Origin: an uncultured Acidobacteriota bacterium
GTDB taxonomy: Bacteria; Acidobacteriota; UBA6911
Reading direction: 5' to 3'
Assembly (NCBI GenBank): GCA_963827655.1
Contig: CAWHCF010000046.1
Location: 96,001 to 160,000, forward strand
Length of the DNA: 64,000 bases
Positions within the stretch are counted from its first letter, which is position 1. Every line of letters begins with the position of its first letter. Under the pieces are notes generated by a model. The model was given only the letters and a program-made list of their open reading frames with translations. It ran no database searches and was not told where the DNA came from. Shown here in pieces: positions 29,528-40,467 of the stretch. The translations under genes were made by a program, and so were the position numbers.

Positions 29528-30418
29528 ATGAGGAACACACGAGCGTTCTTTGAGTTTCCCGGAAAGAGACCCTTTCGATCCGCGGTAACGGTGCTGGTCG
29601 TCGTCATGCTTGTCGCCGGGCTGACGATTTGGAAGCCCGAGCCCGCATCGGCGAATCACCCGGTCCTGGTGGAAGGTGAAAAAGACTACGACGGCGATGG
29701 GCTGGTTGGCACGGCCGAAGACACCGACAATGCCACCGACCGGATTTTCGGAACCATCAACGGCGCGCTCGGCAACATAGATCTCGGGGCCGCCATCAAC
29801 GCCACCCACGCCAACCAGAACGGCCGGGTCGTCATCGTCACGTCGGGCCGCTTTCCCGAGGGCGTCAGCATCACGGCCGCCAACGGCAACGTTTCGCTCG
29901 AAGCCGCTCCTGGAGTCGACGCCGACATAGATGCGGTCGTACAGGGAGCGGCGGGCAATGCGGGCCGTCAGGCCAACCCCGGGATTATTGTCAACGCTCC
30001 GGCCAATCGCTATGTCACGATCCGCAACATCATGAGCCGAAACTGGACCGAGGGGATCCGGGTGATGGGCGATTCCAGAGTGACCATAGCCAACTGCCGT
30101 TTCGAGAACAATGTAAGCTTCGGCATCCACGTGCTCGACAACGCCCGGGTAGCGATCAACAACTCCCAGGTCAATGCCACCGGGTTTCGCCAGGCGGGAG
30201 GGGTGAACAATACGCCCAGCCCCGGAATCGGGATCCAGTTCGAAGATTCTTCCTCGGGTTCGGTCGCGTTCACAACCGTCAGCGGGAGCTTCAGTGTCGG
30301 TCTTGCTAACGACATTCAAACCCAGGGTTCCGTTTTCGTGATGGACGTGAACACCTTCGACAACAATCCGAACTTTCGCGGGTTTTTCCGGCAGGGCGCC
30401 GTGCCGGCAAATTTCTAG
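29528..30418 (+). CDS. Secreted right-handed parallel beta-helix protein
   Basis: GGAGGAGG RBS, signal peptide, DYDGDG loop, repeated GI.V / V.I.N strands. Confidence 0.75.
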   Translation: MRNTRAFFEFPGKRPFRSAVTVLVVVMLVAGLTIWKPEPASANHPVLVEGEKDYDGDGLVGTAEDTDNATDRIFGTINGALGNIDLGAAINATHANQNGRVVIVTSGRFPEGVSITAANGNVSLEAAPGVDADIDAVVQGAAGNAGRQANPGIIVNAPANRYVTIRNIMSRNWTEGIRVMGDSRVTIANCRFENNVSFGIHVLDNARVAINNSQVNATGFRQAGGVNNTPSPGIGIQFEDSSSGSVAFTTVSGSFSVGLANDIQTQGSVFVMDVNTFDNNPNFRGFFRQGAVPANF

Positions 30419-30419
30419 A

Positions 30420-30498
30420 TTTGTGTTTCTTCGTGTCTTTGGGTCGTGGTGGTATGGTTGGCCGCCCCTAACCCCTAAGACTCAAAGACACGAAGAAT
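30420..30498. repeat. Palindromic repeat family A
   Basis: tttcttcgtgtctttgggtcgtggtggtatggttggccgcccctaacccctaagactcaaagacacgaagaa. Confidence 0.8.
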
Positions 30499-30556
30499 GG
30501 GAAGCGGCTGAAGATCTCGTGGAACTCCGCCACCGCCACACAGCCGACCGGTCCCC

Positions 30557-32158
30557 GTGCCGTCGTTGACAAGAGAGGTTTTTCGACTTAGACTCGGCCC
30601 CTCCGTTCGAGCACGCCACCATCATCTGAACGGGAGCCTTAAGGGGCCCGGTGGACAAGCACGTTCCAAGCCGGGTGTGCTCGAATGCGTGACCACGGAC
30701 AGATCGTCATGTCGGATTCGGGTCGGAGGCAAGGCTGTGTCGGATGGCTGCGGGTCTCCGAAGGGTGGAATCAGCGTCATCATCCCGCACGGCGGGGAGA
30801 GCCGGTTTCCGCAGCTCGCCGCGACTCTGCCGGCTCTGAGGCAGTGCTCGGGCGTCCAGGAGGTGATCGTCGTCGAGCTGGCCGAATCGCCTCGGGCCGA
30901 GCAGTTCGCCCGGCGCTGGGCGGATAAGTATGTCTTCGCCCGTCACTCGGCTCCCTTCGACCGGGCGCGCGCGCTGAACATCGGAATTCCTTTCGCGGCG
31001 CGCGACCTGCTCTTGTGGCAGGACAATGACCTCGTCCTGCCTGAGGGGTTCGTTCTGAGAGCAGCCGCCGAGATACGCGCCCGGTCGCTGGACTTTCTGA
31101 CCCCCTACACGTCCATCCGGTACCTCTCAAAAGCCGACAGCACGGCTGTCATGAAGGGGATGCGGCGCCCCGTCGATTGTGATCCCGTGAACGTCTTCTA
31201 TTCCCGCCGCGCCATCAGCGGGGGCGCGGGGCTCGTGAGGCGAGCATTCGTCAAGCGGTACGGCGGGTTGCCAGAGGGCTTCCGTGGCTGGGGCTGCGAG
31301 GACGAGGCGTGGGCGTACAAGGCCTACCTGCTGGGGCGCGCCGCTCACACGGGCTACGACGACCAGCATCTCTATCATCTTTATCACCCCGGGTCGGGGG
31401 GATACTGCCGCCGCGCTCCTATATCGAGCCCGTCGGACTATGCTCACAACCTCGCGCTTCTGAGCCGGATCATGTCGGTGCGGGAACCGGCTCGATTTGC
31501 CGAGATGTTCGGACCGAAGTACTTCTCGTGTCCGTGGCCCGAGTCGGCGCACATCGTGTTCCTCACGCGCGCTGGTGACCGCAGGAACACGCTTCTGGCG
31601 GAACGCGTCGCCCGGTGCTTACGGAAACTTTACGGCAGCAATATCGAACCCGCGCAAGTCCCGCAAACAGTCCCACTCGAACAGGTCGTGCCCCAGCATG
31701 CCGATGCGATCGTACTGTTCGGCAGCGGGCTGGCGAGGGACGTGGCGGCTACCCTGCCTCGAGCACGGTTCGACTCAAGGGTCGTCGTCGTGAGCCGCGC
31801 CAGGCACCGGCCGAAGCGCGAGGAAACTCCCGGGAAGCCGTTCGGCACGATCGTGATGGCGGATCCTGTGCCGGGCCACCTGGCGATCGCATTGACGCTG
31901 GCGCGGCCGATCGCGTTGATCGCCGGACGGAACGTACGCGCTTCCCGACCGCGGCAGGCCGACATCGCCCGCGGCGGACATGGCCGGGCGACCGAACCGG
32001 CGCTCGTGGCACTGCTGGCTGACTACGCGCGCAGCTATCGATACTGGTCGGCGCGGGCCCTCGGCCGGAACGACCGAACCTGGCGAGCCGCTGCGATGGC
32101 GCGGCGGTTTCAGTACCTGAGCCAGCGCATCCGTGACTGGCTCGAGGCCGCGAATTGA
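30557..32158 (+). CDS. GT2/GT7-like galactosyltransferase-related protein with a C-terminal extension
   Basis: ISVIIPH, FDRARALN.G, QDND, GG.PEGFRGWGCED, HLYH. Start uncertain. Confidence 0.75.
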   Translation: MPSLTREVFRLRLGPSVRARHHHLNGSLKGPGGQARSKPGVLECVTTDRSSCRIRVGGKAVSDGCGSPKGGISVIIPHGGESRFPQLAATLPALRQCSGVQEVIVVELAESPRAEQFARRWADKYVFARHSAPFDRARALNIGIPFAARDLLLWQDNDLVLPEGFVLRAAAEIRARSLDFLTPYTSIRYLSKADSTAVMKGMRRPVDCDPVNVFYSRRAISGGAGLVRRAFVKRYGGLPEGFRGWGCEDEAWAYKAYLLGRAAHTGYDDQHLYHLYHPGSGGYCRRAPISSPSDYAHNLALLSRIMSVREPARFAEMFGPKYFSCPWPESAHIVFLTRAGDRRNTLLAERVARCLRKLYGSNIEPAQVPQTVPLEQVVPQHADAIVLFGSGLARDVAATLPRARFDSRVVVVSRARHRPKREETPGKPFGTIVMADPVPGHLAIALTLARPIALIAGRNVRASRPRQADIARGGHGRATEPALVALLADYARSYRYWSARALGRNDRTWRAAAMARRFQYLSQRIRDWLEAAN

Positions 32159-32301
32159 AGGCGCCGCGATCCCGCTTCAGGCGGCGCGGAGAAACCGTGG
32201 AGATCTGGTACACGACGCCGAACACCCGGCTGTATGCCGACAGGCAGCGCGTCCGGCGGAGAACCGGGAACCGAGGTTTGCTATCATCGACAGCGTCCTA
32301 A

Positions 32302-32533
32302 GGGCTCGCGCAGAAATAACTTCACATTCTGGCGCGCGAGCCGGTGGTCAATCATGAACCGGTTTCTGTTCGCTAGGCACGCTGAGGATCGCGCCCCTTC
32401 GGGCTGCGGCCCGCAGGCCCGCTGGCTTTGTTGCTCGCTCCTCACGTACCGCACCGGGTACGCATCGTCGCTCGCGCCTCGCCAGCAGGCTGGGGGCCTG
32501 CAGCAGAATGCGAACTTATTTCTGCGCGAACCC
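32302..32533. mobile_element. MITE copy 2 (232 bp, opposite orientation, extra internal hairpin), TAA target duplication
   Basis: Same TIRs as copy 1; TAA at 32299-32301 and 32534-32536; internal gcaggccc...gggcctgc insert. Confidence 0.85.
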
Positions 32534-32561
32534 TAAGCTCAACGCGAAGCGGATCGATGCG

Positions 32562-33329
32562 ATGAACACGGTCGAAGTCGTCGTCATCAACTGGAAACGT
32601 CCCGCCAACGTCGAGCGCATCGTCGCAGCCTTGAAGGCCCAGACAGAAGGCTGCACGGTGACGATCTGCGACTGCCACCCGTCCGCCGAGTTCGCCCTTG
32701 CCGACGCGACGCTGGCCTCGGTCGACCGGCTGTACCGCTGGCGGCACAACTGCGGCGCGTACAGCCGGTACGTCCCGGCCGGCGGCTACGATCACGCATA
32801 TACTTTCTTTCTGGACGACGACATGTTGCCGGGTCTCCGGTGCGTCGAGCACTTCGTCCGCAACGCTCGCGAGGTCGAGAACTTCGGAGTCCTGGGGCAA
32901 CTCGGGCGTATCCTGCCCCAGGACGGGGTCTACCGATACGGCGAGGTGCCCCGAGGCCCGGCGTTCGTCGAGACCGATCTCGTTGTACGCGGCTACTTCG
33001 TCCGCACGAGCAACCTGTGGTGCGTGGGGAGGTTTCGCTGGATGATGAACTATTTCGACGAGCCCATGCAGGAAGATGACCTCCTGCTATGCGTGTCGCT
33101 GCGGATGTGCGCCGGACTCGGGTGCTACCTCACGCCGTACGACCCCGACGTCGAGACGCTGATGAACAAGGAAGAGCTGAGCAGTGAGCATGCGGTTTCG
33201 ATGCGCGCGGAGCATCTCGACAAGAGACGGGAGTTCCTGCGCCGGGCCGTCGCGTGCGGGTGGGTATCTCTCAGGGCGCGGGGCGACGGTCGCGAAGTGG
33301 CTTCCATGATCCTGACGGACCCACAGTAA
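32562..33329 (+). CDS. GT-A fold glycosyltransferase-like protein
   Basis: VVVINWKRP.N, FFLDDD, EDD motifs. Confidence 0.65.
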   Translation: MNTVEVVVINWKRPANVERIVAALKAQTEGCTVTICDCHPSAEFALADATLASVDRLYRWRHNCGAYSRYVPAGGYDHAYTFFLDDDMLPGLRCVEHFVRNAREVENFGVLGQLGRILPQDGVYRYGEVPRGPAFVETDLVVRGYFVRTSNLWCVGRFRWMMNYFDEPMQEDDLLLCVSLRMCAGLGCYLTPYDPDVETLMNKEELSSEHAVSMRAEHLDKRREFLRRAVACGWVSLRARGDGREVASMILTDPQ

Positions 33330-33332
33330 CCC

Positions 33333-34220
33333 ATGCGCCGGCTCCACTCACTCTCGAACCGCGTCCTGGCGGACTATGCCGGCGAGAGCTCAGGGTATCG
33401 GCTCGGCGCGCAGGCGCTGATCTCGATCACGACCTGTGACCGGAACCCGCTGGTACGCGCTTTCGTGCCCGCGTTCCATCGATTCTGCTTCGGCAACCCG
33501 CGCTTCGATCTCCTCCTTTCGATTGACGGCGCCGCCTTCGGCTCCAACCCCGACAGCCTCGCGTTCGCCCGCGAGCGCGGGATCGCCTTCGTCGTGTCGC
33601 GCATTCCTGAAGGCGTCGGCATCTCGAAGAACCGGGTGGTCGCCCGCCTGGGCGGCTACACCTACTACTTCTTCGTCGAGGACGATGTGGAGCTCCTCGA
33701 TCCGCGAGTGTTCGACACACTCATCAGGCTGTCTGAAGAATCAGGTATACACCACTTCTCGCTTCACGAGCGGGCCAGGATCCGGCACGTGATTTCGACT
33801 AGTGAATGCCAGGGAACGAAGATCATCCACGCTCTTTACGGCAGCGCGCAGCTCAGCTTTTTCACCCGAACCGCCCTCGTCGTGGCCGGAGGGTGGCACC
33901 CCGACTTCGCGAGCCGCCGCCGGGGCGGGCACACGGAACATTCCTACCGCGTCTATCGCAACGGGCTTGCGCCGGCTCCGTTCAATATCGCGGAGGGCTG
34001 CCTGGGCGATCTCGCGTGGGCAAACCCTCCGTCCGTCGTCAGCCCCGGCGAGCGGCCGATCACATCCAACGGCATTTTCACGGCGGAGCAGGAGCTTATC
34101 GATCGACGGCTGAAGCATCTCCCCCTGGCGACTCCCTCACCATTCCGGCTGGCGGTGCCGAAACGCCCCCGGAACGCCGGCGTTTCGGTCGTTGTCACCG
34201 GAAATTCTCGACCAGCATGA
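33333..34220 (+). CDS. GT-A fold glycosyltransferase-like protein
   Basis: ISITTCDR, GVGISKN, FFVEDD, GGW..F..GHTE.S.R. Confidence 0.65.
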   Translation: MRRLHSLSNRVLADYAGESSGYRLGAQALISITTCDRNPLVRAFVPAFHRFCFGNPRFDLLLSIDGAAFGSNPDSLAFARERGIAFVVSRIPEGVGISKNRVVARLGGYTYYFFVEDDVELLDPRVFDTLIRLSEESGIHHFSLHERARIRHVISTSECQGTKIIHALYGSAQLSFFTRTALVVAGGWHPDFASRRRGGHTEHSYRVYRNGLAPAPFNIAEGCLGDLAWANPPSVVSPGERPITSNGIFTAEQELIDRRLKHLPLATPSPFRLAVPKRPRNAGVSVVVTGNSRPA

Positions 34221-37009
34221 GGTCGCGTCCGCTCTGGTCGATCTGCGTGTAGAGGAGCCATCGCCCGTCAGGGGAGACCGCCAGGCCCGGGGCCCACGTC
34301 ATAATCGGCTTCTCGAGCTCGGCAATCTTGCGCGTTTTTCCGGTCACGAGGTTGAAAAACTCGACCAGCGGGCGGGAGGGGTTGACCGCCGTCGCGAAGT
34401 GTATCCCTCCGCCGTGAACTGTCCAATACCTCCACGGCCCGGCCTCGTGAGAATCGAAGACGCGAGTCTCCTCGCCGCCGTCCGTCGGGACACTCCAGAT
34501 CCCCGCGACCCGCCGCCCCTTGGTGTGATAGAGAAGACTGCCGTTCTCGCTTTCGGCCGAGTCGTAACCCGCCTTGCTTCGTGATCTGAACCGGCGGTCC
34601 GCCGGAGGCGGGCATCTTCCAGATCTGCAGGGTGCCGGTCCGGTTCGACGCGAAGTAGAGCCAGCGGCCGTCCCTGGACCAGCTGGGCATGAACTCCTGG
34701 GTCTCGTCGACGGTGAGTCGCCGGAGTCTGCCGCCGTCAGCGTCCATGACGTAGATGTCGGCGTTCCCCTCCTTGCGGGCGTCGAACGCGATCTCTTTGC
34801 CGTCGGGAGACCAGCGAGGGGAGCCGGGGAGCGGTCCTCCGAACCGGGTGAGCTGCACAGGACTTCGCCCTTGCCGGTCGCATACCCAGATCTCGCAGCT
34901 CCCGGAGCGCCTCGAGGAGAATGCGATCCGATTGCCGTCCGGCGAGTACTGCGGCGCATCGTCCTGGAACGTGGAGGCGATCAGCGGGCTCGGCCGTCCA
35001 GCGCCATTTCCCTGAGCCGGAAGTTCCATGCGCCAGATGTTCGTATCGAACAGGAGCTGCGTGTAGACCAGGCGGTTCCCTACGGGCGAAATCGAGGGAG
35101 ACGTGACGTTCGGGCCGACCTCCAGCAGTTGCTCGGGTTCACCACCCGTGGCCGGCAGCCTCCACAGGTTGGGGATGCTGCCGCCGCGCTCCGAGGCGAA
35201 GACGAGCTCGCTGCCGCTTGGGGTCCAGGTTACACCGTCTACGTAGGTGCTGTCGAAGGTGAGCCTTTTGGGTTCTCCGCCGGTGATCGCTACCGAGTAC
35301 AGGTCGCTGGTTCCTCCGAGTCCGAGTGGGCGCTGGGTCCGGTACGCACAAATACGAGGCTCTTGCCGTCGGGCGCGAAAACGGGAGTGGAATCGCCCCG
35401 GCTTCCCGTGGGCGGAAATGTCAACGGCCGGCGCTCACCCGAATCGAGCGAGAGGAGGAAAATCCGGAATGGATCCTGGTGAGAAGCTGTGTCGGCGATC
35501 GCGAGCGACTTCCCGTCGGGGGACCAGCGGAGGCTCCTTCCGATGCCGCTCTGGCTCGCCGCCGCGTCGGTAAGGCGCCTTTCGGGGCCTCCCAGAGCGG
35601 CGATCAGATAGATCCCACTCTCCTGGGGGGATGAGCGGCGGAAGGCGATGTGGCGTCCGTCGGGGGACCAGTCCGGGTCGAAATCCGGCGCGGGATCGGT
35701 CGTCAGCCGCAGCGGTGTTCCCGTGTCGACGAGCTTGATGTAGATGTCGAGATTGTCCTCCTGTTCCCCGTCCCACACGAATACGATCTGCCTCCCGTCG
35801 GGGGAGAATACGGCCTTCTCCTCGTTTCCCGGAAAGCTCGTCGAGGGAACCACCTTCGCCGCGGGCGTGGAAACCCGCCCAAGAAGACGGCTGTCCTTGA
35901 GGAACTGGTAGGACGACCAGAGAAGAAGTCCGGAGACCAGAACCAGCGCGATGAGCCCGAAACGGCGGCGCAATCCTTCGCGCGCGCGCGGGCTCGGCTA
36001 CAGCGCGCTCGCTACCACCTGTTTGGCTTACGCCCGAGATCGCCGCAGGAACCGTCTCAGGCACGATCCGCCCAGTTGGTTGGAGCTGGACTGCCTCGCC
36101 CGACTCTTCGGTTGGCAGGCGGCCGAGTTTGCCCGCAAGCAGCTCCTGCTTCAGATCGCGCACATCGACCAGCAGGTCGGCGATCGTCTGGTAGCGTTCG
36201 TCCCGATTCTTGCGCAGTGCCTTACGGATGATCCGATCCAGCTCGTGCGGTATTTCAGGCTGGTAACGGGTCAGGGGGGGCGGATCGGTCTTGAGCAGCG
36301 TAGCCAGGATGTCGGTAGGAGTGTCCCCCTCGCGCGCGAAGGGGAGGTGCCCGGTGATCATCTCGTATACCACGATGCCGAGGCTGAATATGTCGGTGCG
36401 TGCGTCCACCTCCATGCCCCGAGCCTGCTCAGGCGACATGTACATCACCGTCCCGACGATTGCGCCGGGCTGGGTGAGGGCGCCTCCCGACGTCGGCGCT
36501 TCGGCCACCAGAGTGGTGAGAGAAAGGCACTCGGTCAGCTTGGCGAGACCAAAGTCGAGAAGCTTTACCACGCCATCCGATCGGATCATGACGTTCTCGG
36601 GTTTGACGTCGCGGTGAATGATGCTGTTCTTGTGAGCGGCGGCGAGTGCGCTTGCGATCTGTACCGCCACGTCGAGTCCTTCGACCAGTGAGATCCCGCC
36701 TTGCAGGATCCGTTGGCGTAGCGTCTGACCTTCAACAAACTCGGTGGCGATAAAATGAACGTCTTCGATTGTCCCGATCTCGTAGATCGTCAGGATTCCC
36801 GGGTGGTTGATTGCCGACGCGGCCCTGGCTTCCTGCATGAAGCGGCGGACGCGATCCGGCTGAGCCGTGAATCGGGCGGGCAGTAGCTTGAGCGCAACCT
36901 TGCGGTCAAGCTGCGTATCGAGGGCGAGATGGACTTCTCCCATAGCACCCGCTGCAATTGGCGCAATGATCTGGTAATGACTTAACCTGCTGCCCGACGC
37001 AATTGCGAT
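34195..37009 (-). CDS. Hanks-type Ser/Thr kinase + TM + TolB-like (PD40) beta-propeller; multiple frameshifts
   Basis: VALK, HRDVKPEN, DFGLAK, GTVMYMSPEQ, then repeated SPDG..IAF / P.WSPDG blocks across ORFs 35435-37072, 35290-35973, 34268-35029 and 34195-34959; ends DLMLVENFR. Confidence 0.85.
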
Positions 37010-37092
37010 GGTGATGCCCTCCTTGAATGTACGTGAAGCCGCAAGTCTAGCATCTACAATCGAAAGTTGCAAGAAGGCGGCGGGCTCTCATA

Positions 37093-37240
37093 GGGTTCGC
37101 GCAGAACTAAGTTCACATTCTGCGGCCGCAGCCCGAAGGGGCGCGATCCTGAGGGCGCCAGACTACGCAGCTAAGAGAAACCGGTTCATGATTGATCACC
37201 GACTCCGCGCCAGAATGCGAAGTTATTTCCACGCGAGCCC
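37093..37240. mobile_element. MITE copy 3 (148 bp)
   Basis: gggttcgcgcagaactaagttcacattctg ... cagaatgcgaagttatttccacgcgagccc; shares the internal aaaccggttcatgattga. No clean TSD. Confidence 0.8.
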
Positions 37241-37257
37241 TTGGATCGAAAAACAAC

Positions 37258-37285
37258 TTGACAATTTGTAAAAACGGTATGCAAT
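37258..37285 (+). promoter_or_regulatory. Putative sigma-70 promoter for the TonB receptor operon
   Basis: TTGACA-N16-TGCAAT in an AT-rich tract. Confidence 0.45.
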
Positions 37286-37424
37286 GGGCGCAATAGCTTG
37301 ATGGCTGGCTCGGTTTCGGTCCGTTCCTGACTCCCCCCTTGATCTGAGGCTTGCCCTGAGGCCGACCCGAAGTCAGAAGGTTCAGTGCTTTGAACCCACG
37401 TTCGTTCTAAGGGGAGCGCCAATC

Positions 37425-40362
37425 ATGAAAACACCTGACTCGCAAGGCTCTGGTTGCGTTTTCTTTCAGGCTCGCCATTGGTGTCGCCTGCATTGCGGTG
37501 TTCACCTCCCCGCTGCCGGGCCAGACGTTCTACGGATTCCATCATCGGAACTGTCACGGATGCCTCGGGCGCCACCGTGCCCGGCGCAACCGTGTCCTTG
37601 ATCGATCTCGGAACTTCCGATCGCCGGACTGCTGTGACCGACACATCCGGGAGTTACCAGTTCGTGAACCTGATTCCCGGACGCTACCGCGTGGAAGTCG
37701 AGATCAGCGGTTTCAGCCGCTGCACGCGCGAGCCGGTTGTGGTGGAGGTCAGAGCGCGGTCCGCATCGACGCGTCGCTGCAGGTTGGGGATATCAGCCAG
37801 GTGGTGGAGGTCGCCGCCGTAACCCCGTTGCTGGAAACGGAGAACACATCGCTCGGCCATGTGGTCGGGTCACGAAAAGTCAGGAAATGCCCCTGAACGA
37901 GCGGAACGTGCTCAACCTCGTTGCCCTGGTGCCGGGAGTGGTGCCTCAAGGCCAGTCCATGCAGAATCCCACCGGTACCAACATTTTCGCGTGGGGCAAC
38001 TACCAGATCGGCGGCGGAATGGCGAACCAGAGCGCGACCTTTATAGATGGCGGGCGGTGAACGTCCCCTACGTCAACCTGACCACGCTGGTCCCGACGCA
38101 GGACGCCATGCAGGAGTTCCGAGTGCAGACCAACAATTTGGGCCCGGAATTAAGGGGTTCACCGACGTGATAACTATGCCAACGCCAGCATTGGCGGAGA
38201 CAACGATCAGTACAACGCGCGCATCGATCAGAGTGTCAGCGAGAAGCTGCGTATCTTCGCCGCTTACTGATTGGAGTAATCTCAGCCTGCCCATCGATTG
38301 TATCGGACTCAGATCTACATCGACCGCGGGCCCGAAACTCACCGCCCAGGTCGTTATCGCTGATACCTATACCTTTACTCCGACCACCATCGGCGATTTC
38401 TGCGTTGCTTCCTCCGGTTTGTCTACGACCGCCGCCAGAGAGCCTCGGCGTCGACCCGACTTTCGGCTGGCCGCCAGCCTCATAACCAGGTAGCTTTCCG
38501 CCACATTCCCACGCTTGCGTGCAAGGCTTCACTGATGTCTTCTGCCCGATGGCACGGGGAGCACTAGTTGCGCGCATGACAGCTATTCGGTGGCGCCGAG
38601 TCTCCTGAGATCGCGGGTCGCCCCCATCAGTTCGGCGGCGAGTGGCGGCGCAGATCTAATTACGCGCAGAGCACACCGAGCGGCTTTTTCACTTCAATAA
38701 CTCTTCACCGCGGTGAATCCATTTGCCCCCGCCGGCCGGGCTCCGGCTTCGCTTCATTCCTGCTGGGCTACGGAGCGGACGGCACTCATACCCCGCGCTG
38801 GTCGCAGGGTCGCGATCTATCAGGGTTATTACATCTCGACACTTCTAGGTGAGCGCAGCTGACTATGAATTACGGCGTGCGGTGGGAGTTGCTGGGTCCG
38901 TGGACTGAGCGTTTCGATCGTCTCACCGTGCTGCTGCCGATGCTGAAAGCTCGGTGGCAGACCGACTGGCTTGCTGATGAGGGGCAGCTTGGCCCTGGTG
39001 AACTCCGAGGACCGCCGTCGCGTTATTCTCAGGACCGCCCTGGAAGCTTTTTGCACCCCGTTTGGGCTTTGCTTACCGTTCACCAACAGGACGTTATCGT
39101 GGCGGCTATGAGATTTTCTTCTTGCCCAATGATATTGCCTTCGGCCGGCTCCAACGGCGCTCCGGTGAATACCCTGGCCGCGCTCTGGGTGAGCCCTCGA
39201 CGGAGGCGTCCGCCGTGGAAAGGCTGAGCATCCGTTTCCGGACGGCGTTCTTCACCGCCGGGGCACAGCCGTGTTCCAGAATGTTTTGCTCGGCCAGGGT
39301 ATTGCTCGCTCATTCCGAGCGACCCTACGGATACGCGCAGCAGTGGTATCTCACCTTCGACAGACTGGGCGAAGGGACCGTGTCGAGCTTGCGCACGCTG
39401 GCTCGCGCGGTGTCCTATTCCGACTGGTGGACAGCAGATCGACCAGCTTCCCGACGAGTTTCTCTCTCTGGGCAGCGCGCTGCAGGAGCAAGTGCCCAAC
39501 CCGTTCTTTGGCTTGATCCGACTGGACCGCTGGCGGCCAGCACGGTGGCGCGGGGGCAGCTTCTGCGTCCCTTTCCCCAGTACAACGGCGTGACCATGCA
39601 GGCAGCGACCAATCGCAACTCCATCTATCATTCTATGCAGTGAGGGTCGAGAAGCGCTTCGGTGAAGGTGGCAGCTTCCTCGGCGCATATACCTGGGCCA
39701 AGCTGATCACCGATACCGATACGCTGACCGGTTGGCTGGAAGCCGCCGGACCCGGTGGCGTGCAGAACAACAACAACCTTCGCCTCGAACGGTCGCTGGC
39801 CAGCTTCGACGTGCCGCACCGCCTGGTGGTGAGCTATGTGCTCGATCTTCCCATTGGAAAAGGGAAGAGGTTCTTGGCGGTGTGAGCGGCGCTGCCGGCG
39901 CGCTGGTCTCTGGCTGGGGTTTCAACGGTGTTTCCACTTTCCAAAGCGGTTTTCCCTTGGCGCTCGGCACGGCTACCAACCTGACCAACTCCTTCGGCGG
40001 GGGCTCGCGGCCTAACAGCGACGGCGAAGGTGCCACTCTCGAAGGCCGCGCGCAAGACCGGCTCAATCGCTGGTTCAAGACGGAGAACTTCAGCCAGCCC
40101 CGGCCTTCACCTTCGGTAACGTCGGGCGCACTCTGTCTGACGCGCGCAGCCACGGGATTGCCAACTGGGATTTCGCCATCTTCAAGAACACTGCATCACG
40201 GAACAAGTCGGACTCCAGTTCCGGACCGAGGTCTTTAATCTTTTCAACCGGGTGCTGTTCGGTCCTCCTGGTCGCACCTTCGGCAACGCGCAATTCGGCG
40301 TGGTCGCCTCCCAGTTGAGTAACCCCAGGCTGGTGCAGTTTGCGCTCCGTCTGATCTTCTAG
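37425..40362 (+). pseudogene. Oar-like TonB-dependent receptor with carboxypeptidase-regulatory N-domain; heavily frameshifted (pseudogene or assembly error)
   Basis: Fragments in changing frames: GTVTDASGATVPGATV, MPLNERNVLNLVALVPGV, QEFRVQTN, MNYGVRWE, LRPFPQY, FDVPHRL, FRTEVFNLFN, terminal PRLVQFALRLIF*. Confidence 0.85.
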
Positions 40363-40451
40363 CGTTTCTACGAGTCTTCTGAGTCTTAGAGGTTGGTTTT
40401 TGTTCACTACATAACCACGAAGACTCGAAGACACGAAGAGAACACCAAGCT
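40361..40451. repeat. Palindromic repeat family A
   Basis: gagtcttctgagtcttagaggtt...taaccacgaagactcgaagacacgaagagaacaccaag. Confidence 0.8.
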
Positions 40452-40467
40452 CTCTTGTCATAACCTC

